Source of the DNA: an uncultured Chloroflexia bacterium | GTDB taxonomy: Bacteria; Chloroflexota; Limnocylindria; Limnocylindrales; CSP1-4 | Direction: 5' to 3' | Assembly (NCBI GenBank): GCA_963696405.1 | Contig: CAVOJY010000003.1 | Span: 303 to 64,302 of the forward strand | DNA: 64,000 bases | Shown here: piece after piece, positions 1-7,187 of the stretch | Numbering within the stretch: the stretch's first letter is position 1 | Layout: every line of letters begins with the position of its first letter | The notes under the pieces: generated by a model | Databases searched by the model: none | What the model was told of the DNA's origin: nothing | What the model saw: only the letters and a program-made list of their open reading frames with translations | Made by a program: the position numbers and the translations under genes

Positions 1-1030
1 GATGTTGCCGACCTGCGAGGGTGATGAGCTCGTCCTTCTGGTTGAAGTCGATCGCGCTCGGTCGGGCAGAACTTCTCGCAGGCCCTGCAGGTGCCCTTTT
101 GGAAGTAGGTGCAGTTCTCGCGTGTCGATCACCGGGATAGTTGGGCACCGCCTGGGGGAAGGGCGTGTAGATCGCCTTGCGGTAGCCGAGGCCCGCTTCG
201 TAACTCGTCGTCGACCACTATCTTCGGGCACTTCTCGATGCAGATGCCGCAGCCGGTGCAGAGGTCTCTCGTTCACGTAGCGGGCCTTCTTGCGGACCGT
301 GACCGTGAAGTTGCCGACGTAGCCCTCGACCTTCTCCACCTCGCTCCAGGTCAGCAGCGTGATGTTGGGGTGGTTGCCGGCCGACGACCATCTTCGGCGT
401 CAGGATGCAGGCCGAGCAGTCGAGGGTCGGGAAGGTCTTGTCGAACTGGGCCATGTGCCCGCCGATGCGAGGGCTCGCGCTCGACCAGGTAGACGGGGTA
501 GCCGGCGTCGGCGATCTCGAGCGCGGCCTGGATGCCGGCGATGCCGCCGCCCACGACCAGCGTGGTCGCGTGGATCGGGACGTGCATCGGCTCGAGCGGC
601 TCGTGGTGCCGCACGCGCTCGACGCCGCCCGAGACCATCGCCTTGGCCTTCGCGGTCGCGGCGTCCTTGTCGGTGTGCACCCAGGAGACGTGCTCGCGGA
701 TCGAGGCCATCTCGCACAGGTACGGGTTGAGCCCGGCGCTGGCGCAGGCGGTGCGGAAGGTCGGCTCGTGCAGGTGCGGCGAGCAGGCCGCCACGACCAC
801 GCGGGTCAGGCCCTGCTCCTGGATGTCCTTCTCGATCAGTTCCTGGCCCAGGCTGGAGCACATGAACTTGTAGTCGCGGGCGACGACCACGCCGCGGTCC
901 TTCAGGTCGCTCGGCGGCCCAGTCGCGCGACCTCGTCGACGTCGACCATCCCGGCGATGTTGCTGCCGCAGTGGCAGACGTAGACGCCGATGCGCTCCTC
1001 TTCCTGATTCTGGCGAAGGTCATCGGTCAT
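1..1030 (-). pseudogene. hdrA: HdrA-like heterodisulfide reductase subunit A (FAD/FeS protein). The 3' end runs off the window start. Disrupted by many frameshifts.
   Basis: Minus-strand translation gives HdrA-typical segments in order. MTDDLRQNQEEERIGVYVCHCGSNIAGMVDVDEV starts at ATG 1030 behind RBS GGAGGTGA. Then come [45 protein letters not shown], the FAD motif [120 protein letters not shown] and AIDFNQKDELITL. These segments are spread over all three frames, with at least 6 frame switches. One example is an extra base near 467 that breaks EREPS-IGGHMAQ. Confidence 0.8.
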
Positions 1031-2015
1031 CGTCACCTCCCTCTCTCCGGGCATGCGCGGCATGGGCAGGCCTGTCCTCGGCGCGCGGCTTCGGCGGGCC
1101 GGCTGCTTCGCCTCGGCGACGGCGGCTCTCGTCCCCGATCTGCGCAGCGCCGGCGTCGGCGTCGACGAACTCCTTGCCGAAGCCCAGCTCCGCGGGCGAC
1201 GCCCGAACGCCAGGCCCATCAGCTGGGTGAAGACAGGACGGGCATCTGGTAGTCGGTCTTGAAGAGCTGGTTCATCTCGCCCTGGTAGGCGTCCAGGTTC
1301 AGCTGGCACATCGGGCAGAGGGTGACGATCACGTCGGCGCCTGCCGTCGGTCGCGCCGTGCACCAGCCGGCGGATCAACCCGTAGGCGATCTCGGGGCCG
1401 ATCTGGGTCATGTGGCCGCCGCAGCAGTGCGGTCTTGAGCGGGTAGTCGACGACCTCCGCGCCGAGCGCCCAGCAGGCGGTCGATCCGTCGGGTGCTCGT
1501 GGTCGTCCCAGCGGCTGTCGAGATCCGGGCGCAGCACCATGCAGCCGTAGTAGGGCGCGAGCTTGAGGCCGCACAGCGGGCGTACACCTTGCGCCTTGAC
1601 CGCCTCGAAGCCGACATCGTTGCACGATGACGTCGAGCAGGTGCCGGACCTTGAGCTGCCCGGCGTCGTAGTGCAGGCCGCCCGCCGCCAGCGCCTCGTT
1701 GACCTGGTGCCGCAGGCGCGGGTCCTCGCGCATCTGCTGGTCGGTCTTCGCCAGGTTGAGGTAGCAGGCGCTGCAGGGGGCCACGAGCGGTGTCGGTGCC
1801 TTCGGCCTGCCGGCTCGCGAGCGCGAGGTTCCGCGCGACCAGGGCGTAGCGCGGCGATGCGGTGACCGAGTGTACTCGGTCGCGCCGCAGCAGTTCCAGT
1901 CGTCCATCTCGTCCAGCTCGAGCCCGAGCGCGTCGCGGATCGCGCAGCAGCGAGTCGCAGATAGGCACGCGCGCTGCGCTCCATCGAGCAGCCGGGATAG
2001 AACAGGTATCTTCAT
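1020..2015 (-). pseudogene. hdrB: HdrB-like heterodisulfide reductase subunit B (CCG-domain protein), multiple frameshifts. The 3' end is approximate.
   Basis: ATG 2013-2015 overlaps the hdrC stop (ATGA). The segments alternate between frames (ORFs 1329..2537, 902..1984, 1408..1968 and unlisted frames): MKIPVL / YPGCSMERSARAYL / AIRDALGLELDEMDDWNCCGATEY / LVAPCSACYLNLAKTDQQMREDPRL..LHYDAGQLKVRHLLDVIV / NDVGFEAVKAQGVRPLCGLKLAPYYGCMVLRPD / HCCGGHMTQIGPEIAYGLIRRLV / GADVIVTLCPMCQLNLDAYQGEMNQLFKTDYQMPVL. Confidence 0.75.
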
Positions 2016-2537
2016 GGGTCGCCTCCAGCGTCCTTGGCGCGCTCCAGGATCCGCTTCAGCTGGTCCATGCCCTCGATGCGGTGCGGGGAGAGGTCCATGC
2101 GGCCGCGCTTCAGCATGCCCAGGCCCATCGGCGCCATGCTCGGCAGGCTCAGCGGGTGGTGCCTCAGGTTGAACCGCGTCGCGAGCCCGAGCTCGAAGCT
2201 TCGCCCGTAGTCTCGACGTAGTCGACAAAGGTCTTGGAGAAGTCGGGGCGGTCGAGTGGTCGGGTACAGCTTCGCGTTGATCGCCATGCCCTTCAGCGTG
2301 TACATCACGTCGGTGATGTGGATCTGCTGCGGGCAGCGGACCGTGCAGTAGTAGCAGGAGACGCACAACCAGGGCGTGTTGCTGCGCAGCACCTCGTCGC
2401 GCATGCCCTGCCCTGATCATCGCGAACAGCCGGCGGGGCGTGTGGTCCATGTCCGGGCCGGACGGGCACGATCCGCCGCAGGTGCCGCACTGGATGCACA
2501 TGTTGAGCCGGCAGTTGCCCGGCGTGGCGGCCATCAC
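2012..2537 (-). pseudogene. hdrC: HdrC-like heterodisulfide reductase subunit C (2x[4Fe-4S] ferredoxin-like), frameshifted
   Basis: The N-terminal part MAATPGNCRLNMCIQCGTCGGSCPSGPDMDHTPRRLFAMIRAG is in the frame of ORF 1329..2537. The protein continues in the frame of ORF 2012..2404 as MRDEVLRSNTPWLCVSCYYCTVRCPQQIHITDVMYTLKGMAINAKLYP...GRSFELGLATRFNL...PHRIEGMDQLKRILERAK. It has two CX2CX2CX3CP motifs. There is a frame switch near 2405, and probably a compensating pair near 2215-2260. Confidence 0.75.
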
Positions 2538-2886
2538 CTCCTGCAGGAAGGCCGGCCCGTCGGCGCCGGTTCGGGCGGTGATACGGCTGGCGTTGTCAAG
2601 TGGCGCCTCCTAGGAAAGGTGGGACGCATCGGCAGGCGAGGCATGACTCGCACTACCCCGTGTGAAGTCTCGCGAGAGCGCGGGTCCGCGGCGGAAGTGA
2701 CACAAGACACTATGTGGCTGGGCATATCAGGCGGGCAGGAGTGCCAGAAGGGCCGGTCGCCGGCGCTGCAGGCGGCAGGCCGAGCGCGGACTGGCCCTGG
2801 CGCGGCTCGGCAAGGGACAGACGCAGGCCGCCGGGAGCCGCCGTGAGTGGGCTGGAAGCCGCTGCCACCGGGCAGGAGCCACTCCA

Positions 2887-2926
2887 ACGGGCTGGAACCG
2901 CCGCTAACGGGCTGGAGCCGCCGGTT
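2887..2926. repeat. Tandem 20-nt direct repeat x2 (ACGGGCTGGARCCGCCG..), with a degenerate third copy at about 2847-2866
   Basis: acgggctggaaccgccgcta is followed by acgggctggagccgccggtt. It lies in the hdrC / CvpA-protease divergent intergenic region. Confidence 0.7.
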
Positions 2927-3160
2927 TGCGCCACGTGCATCACCGCGACCATGTGGCAGCCCGCCCGCCGGCCTCAGCCCGATCTCTGCACCACTCGCAC
3001 GAACTCAGCGGGTCCAGTCGCGGACCGGTCCGGTCGTTGCGTCTGGCGCACGGGGATCGGCCAGTCCCCGGGCTTGGTCGACCGGAGTCGTCGCGGTCGT
3101 GCACGAGACGCAGACCTGCGTGGCAGCGCACTCGTCGCGGGCCCCACTACACTCAGCCGC

Positions 3161-4354
3161 GTGCCGGACTTCAATGTCCTCGACGCGGTGCTCCTTCTGC
3201 TGATCGGGGCGGGGATCTTCGCCGGCTACCTGCAGGGCGGTGTCCGCCAGGCGCTCGGCCTCGTCGGGGCCGCGGTCGGAGCCCTCATCGCGCTCTATGT
3301 GCTTCCCGAGGTCGCCGCCGCGATCCCGCCCGTCAACCGCGTCGTCCGCGCGGCCACGATCGTCGGGTTCCTGCTCCTCGCCCTCGCGCTCGGCGAGCTG
3401 GTCGGCGGCCTGCTCGCGGCGGCGATCACCCGTGGGATGGTCCGCGGCCCGCTCCGCACGGCCGATCGTGCCGCCGGTGCCGCCATCGGTGGGCTCACCA
3501 TCGTCCTCGCCGCCTGGTTCCTCGCCCCGGTGCTCGCGGTCGGACCCTCGTCGGCGCTCGCCGCCCAGATCCGCGACTCGGCGATCGTCGCCGTCCTCAG
3601 CGATGGCCTGCCGTCTCCCGGCCCGGTGCTGGGCCGGCTTCGCGCCTTCCTCGACACGTCCGGGCTGCCGCAGGTCTTCGAGGGCTTCGATGCCCCGACG
3701 GGCGGCCCCGTGGCAACGCCCGAGCCGGCCGAGGTGGCGGCGATCGCCGCCCGGGCGCGCGCTTCGATCGTGCTCATCGAGGGCGACGCGTGCGGCATGC
3801 GGATCACGGGCACCGGGTTCGTTGTCGCTCCCGGGTACGTCGTCACGAACGCGCACGTCGTGGCCGGCGAGCGGAAGGCAACCCAGGTGAGCCAGGACAC
3901 CTCCGCCGGGCCGCTCAAGGCCACGGTCGTTGTCTTCGACCCGGACCTGGACGTCGCCCTCCTTCGGGTGCCCGGCCTGTCGGCCCGGACGCTGCCGCTG
4001 GCTGGTGCGCCGCCGGACCCGGGCGCGGTGGGCGCCGCGCTTGGCCATCCCGATGGAGGCGACCTCGAGGCGATCCCGGCGGCCGTCCGGGACGTCTTCC
4101 GGGCGTCCGGCTACGACATTTATGGGCGCGACGCGGTGACGCGCACGGTCATCGAGCTGGCGGCGGAGGTCGCGCCGGGTGACAGCGGCGGCCCGTTCGT
4201 CACCGCCGACGGGCGCGCGGCCGGGGTGGTCTTCGCACGCTCCCGTACGGAGGCCGGCACCGGCTACGCGTTGCCGGCGCCCGATGTGTTCGAGGTGATC
4301 AAGCCGGGTCTTTCGCGAACGGCGGCGGTCGGCACCGGCGGCTGCGTTCCGTAG
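3161..4354 (+). CDS. MarP-like membrane serine protease (CvpA/colicin-V-production membrane domain fused to an S1C trypsin-like protease)
   Basis: GTG 3161 is in frame with ORF 2714..4354. The N-terminus has TM helices (VPDFNVLDAVLLLLIGAGIFAGYLQGG..). The protease triad context is GTGFVVAPGYVVTNAHVV, DVALLRVPGL and APGDSGGPFV. The upstream 150 codons of the ORF are Arg/Pro/Gly-rich and look non-coding. Confidence 0.85.
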   Translation: MPDFNVLDAVLLLLIGAGIFAGYLQGGVRQALGLVGAAVGALIALYVLPEVAAAIPPVNRVVRAATIVGFLLLALALGELVGGLLAAAITRGMVRGPLRTADRAAGAAIGGLTIVLAAWFLAPVLAVGPSSALAAQIRDSAIVAVLSDGLPSPGPVLGRLRAFLDTSGLPQVFEGFDAPTGGPVATPEPAEVAAIAARARASIVLIEGDACGMRITGTGFVVAPGYVVTNAHVVAGERKATQVSQDTSAGPLKATVVVFDPDLDVALLRVPGLSARTLPLAGAPPDPGAVGAALGHPDGGDLEAIPAAVRDVFRASGYDIYGRDAVTRTVIELAAEVAPGDSGGPFVTADGRAAGVVFARSRTEAGTGYALPAPDVFEVIKPGLSRTAAVGTGGCVP

Positions 4355-4423
4355 GGGCGGCTCCGCGCGGGGCTGGTGACCTCCGGCCAGTCCTCGGCGC
4401 CCCGTCGAGTTCTCGACGTCCCG

Positions 4424-5005
<582 letters not shown>

Positions 5006-5265
5006 CGCGGGACCGAGCCGCGCAAGGACCTCGAACCCCTGGACGAACTCGGCGAAGATCCGCAGCGCCCGCCAGGCGTCGGTCTCAAGGAACGCGGTGT
5101 CGGCCCACGGCCGCTGCTGGAGAAACCGCCGATCGGCCGAGGGGCGAGGCGCCTCGGGTCCGGGCGCCGGTCATGTGAGGTCATGCCCGGAGGATACTGC
5201 CGCGACCGGCCGGCATCCACGTCGTGGCCCACTGCGAAGAGAGGGCATCGTCAAGAGAGGAAATC

Positions 5266-5817
5266 ATGCCGATCATCGAGCGGCGCATCGTCATCCCCGC
5301 CTCCCCCGACCGCGTTTGGGAAGTTCTCTCGGACGTGCCGGCTCAACCGAAGTGGATGCGGGACCTGAAGGCGATTCGGTTCGTGGCGCCCTCGGGTTCG
5401 CCGACGGCGCCGCCGCCCGACTTGCTCCGCGCTGGCGTGGGTACCCGCGCGGTGGGGACCGTCCGCATGTTCGGCCTGGAGCAGTCCGACCCGGTCGAAA
5501 TCGACGCGTTCGACCCGCCGCGCCACTTCGGTCTCAGGCACCTCGGTCGCTTCACCGGGCGGGGCGACTTCTGGCTCACGCCCGTTCACGACGGCACGGC
5601 CACGCTCGTGCACTGGCGCGAGGAACTCCTGTCACCGGCGGTGCGGCTGGGACGATTGGGCCGGCTCGTCGACGGGCTCTTTGCGCCGCTCTTCGAGCTG
5701 GTGTTCCGGGAGGACCTGCGCCGGCTCCGCCGGCTGGTGGTCGTCAGCGACGGGCGCGCTGCTGGCACTCCACGTCGAGCGCGGCCCACGGCAGCGCTTG
5801 GAGCCGGGCCGGGTTGA
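5266..5817 (+). CDS. SRPBCC/START-like (polyketide cyclase/dehydrase family) protein
   Basis: ATG 5266 follows AGAGAGGAAATC. MPIIERRIVIPASPDRVWEVLSDVPAQPKWMRDL.. has the typical SRPBCC N-terminus. The C-terminal ~25 codons overlap the convergent DksA-like gene, so the real stop may lie earlier. Confidence 0.7.
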   Translation: MPIIERRIVIPASPDRVWEVLSDVPAQPKWMRDLKAIRFVAPSGSPTAPPPDLLRAGVGTRAVGTVRMFGLEQSDPVEIDAFDPPRHFGLRHLGRFTGRGDFWLTPVHDGTATLVHWREELLSPAVRLGRLGRLVDGLFAPLFELVFREDLRRLRRLVVVSDGRAAGTPRRARPTAALGAGPG

Positions 5818-6079
5818 TCGGTCGCCCGCACGCCTGGCAGATCCCGTAGGTTCCCGCTTCGAGGCGTCCGAGCGCGCCCTCGACCTGCTCGAGGTCGCGG
5901 GTGGCCCGCTCCCGCAGTGCCTGCGTTCAATTCTGATCGAACACCTGGGTGGCCGACGCGGCCTGCGAGCCGTAGGTCATCGGCTCGGGCGGCTCATTCG
6001 CCTCGCCCTCGATCTCCGCGTGCAGGCGTGCGACCTCATCGAGCAGCCGCTGCCTGACCGGGGCGAGATCATCCTCCAC
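5744..6079 (-). pseudogene. TraR/DksA-family C4 zinc-finger regulator with an in-frame TGA
   Basis: Translation: VEDDLAPVRQRLLDEVARLHAEIEGEANEPPEPMTYGSQAASATQVFDQN-TGA-TQALRERATRDLEQVEGALGRLEAGTYGICQACGRPINPARLQALPWAALDVECQQRARR. The CxxC..N..C zinc finger is intact. The stop codon at 5927-5929 is in frame on both sides and could have arisen from CGA by a single change. No start codon lies downstream of it. Confidence 0.7.
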
Positions 6080-6384
6080 GCCCCGGATGCTACACCGCAG
6101 ACTCCAGTCAGCACCGCATGACCGCGTCGTGCCGTGCTAATGGCGGGTGCGGCCGTCTTGGACAGCAGTGCCGCCTCTGCCATCTGGCTGCAGCGTGAGC
6201 AGTACGCAGTGTCAGCGGCCGCTCGCCGGTCGGCGAGGGGCTGCCCGGCGCGCAAATCGTCCCGGCCCGCGCTCAGCACGGGAGGTCTCCGCGCGTCCTG
6301 ACCGGCTGCGAGACGCGAGCCCGTCGCTTACCGCTCAGGGCACGGCCGGGCGGCAGAAGGGACCGGCAGAAGAGAAATCGACGG

Positions 6385-6462
6385 AAAGGACCGACCGAAA
6401 GGACCGGCAGTAGGGACCGGCAGTAGGGACCGGCGGTAGGGACCGACCGAAAGGACCGCCGG
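6385..6462. repeat. 13-nt tandem direct repeat, six in-phase copies (WARGGACCGNCNG), plus a solitary copy at 6357-6369
   Basis: The copies are aaaggaccgaccg, aaaggaccggcag, tagggaccggcag, tagggaccggcgg, tagggaccgaccg and aaaggaccgccgg. The array is intergenic, about 120 nt upstream of the YHS gene. Confidence 0.85.
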
Positions 6463-6501
6463 CCGCGGGCAGGGGCGCGTCGGCGTTCGATCTCGCGGGG
6501 G

Positions 6502-6519
6502 TATACTGCCGGGGAGTAT
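6502..6519 (+). promoter_or_regulatory. Putative -10 (TATACT) overlapping the inverted repeat ATACT-N7-AGTAT. Possible metal-regulator operator.
   Basis: The sequence is gggTATACTgccggggAGTATcac, about 60 nt upstream of the YHS start. It loosely resembles the ATACCC..GGGTAT type of CsoR operators, but only partly. Confidence 0.3.
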
Positions 6520-6579
6520 CACAGAGCGGGCGGTGGCCCATTCGGCCCGCCGGCCGGTGCGACAGGAGAACGAGGACAC

Positions 6580-6753
6580 ATGGCAACCGCGATCGACCCC
6601 GTGTGCGGCATGACAGTCGAGATCGAGACCGCGAAGTTCAGCCACGAGCACGAGGGCACGACCTACTACTTCTGCGGTAAGGGCTGCATGCTCGAGTTCC
6701 GCGACGAGCCGGAGAAGTACCTCGACCCGCTCTACGTTCCGCAGGGGATGTAG
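6580..6753 (+). CDS. YHS-domain (TRASH-like metal-binding) small protein, 57 aa
   Basis: It is below the 60-aa cut-off and so absent from the ORF track. RBS AGGAGAACGAGG precedes ATG 6580. The sequence MATAIDPVCGMTVEIETAKFSHEHEGTTYYFCGKGCMLEFRDEPEKYLDPLYVPQGM carries the YHS signature DPVCGM..YYFC...C...F. The stop is TAG 6751-6753. Confidence 0.85.
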   Translation: MATAIDPVCGMTVEIETAKFSHEHEGTTYYFCGKGCMLEFRDEPEKYLDPLYVPQGM

Positions 6754-6887
6754 CCTGCGATCCGGACCCCGTCCCTGATAAGTCGCAGGTGAGTCGTCGG
6801 GAAGCCCGCGCGAAGTCCCGCCCGGTACCGTTCCCGCCCACGGCGGCCCCTTTCCTGGGAGCCGCGGGAGCGGAGGTACGGGAGCGG

Positions 6888-7142
6888 ATGAGGACGAAGG
6901 ACTATCCAGACGATTCTCCAGGTGCAGTGGCGCGCGAGTGCGAGGGCACGGCGAAGCGCGAGCGCACGACACGCCTTGGACGGCCAGCGGCCCGGGTCGC
7001 TGCGGTCGTGCTGGTGACCACGATCCTGCTAGGCGTGATCGGGTCGCTTGCGGCCGCAGCTGGCGCGCAGGCCGGGTCGGACCACGGCCCACTCATGGCC
7101 CCGCAGCGGTGGGTGCTCGACCGGATGCATCACACAGGCTGA
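6888..7142 (+). CDS. Hypothetical small membrane-anchored protein
   Basis: The sequence runs MRTKDYPDD...RVAAVVLVTTILLGVIGSLAAAAGAQA (one TM helix)...QRWVLDRMHHTG. I recognise no family and the coding status is uncertain. Confidence 0.3.
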   Translation: MRTKDYPDDSPGAVARECEGTAKRERTTRLGRPAARVAAVVLVTTILLGVIGSLAAAAGAQAGSDHGPLMAPQRWVLDRMHHTG

Positions 7143-7187
7143 CGAGCCTGCGCCCGCCCATGCCCGGGCCCGCGCGCGCGACCGACG

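Noticed and set aside
2714-3160. The N-terminal 149 codons of ORF 2714..4354 as part of the protease
   Set aside because: The composition is Arg/Pro/Gly-rich and contains the 20-nt tandem repeats. The family-typical CvpA membrane domain begins exactly at GTG 3161.
5927-5929. In-frame TGA in the DksA-like gene as selenocysteine or programmed read-through
   Set aside because: There is no SECIS-like hairpin directly downstream. The position is in a helical linker, not a redox site, and the window contains many other plainly disrupted genes. A simple nonsense mutation or base error is more parsimonious.
6385-6462. Possible CRISPR array, considered for this tandem repeat and for those at 10015, 43231 and 53677
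   Set aside because: The units are 12-20 nt and directly abutting, with no spacers. There are no cas genes, and the arrays are only 40-80 bp long. They are simple tandem repeats, not CRISPR.
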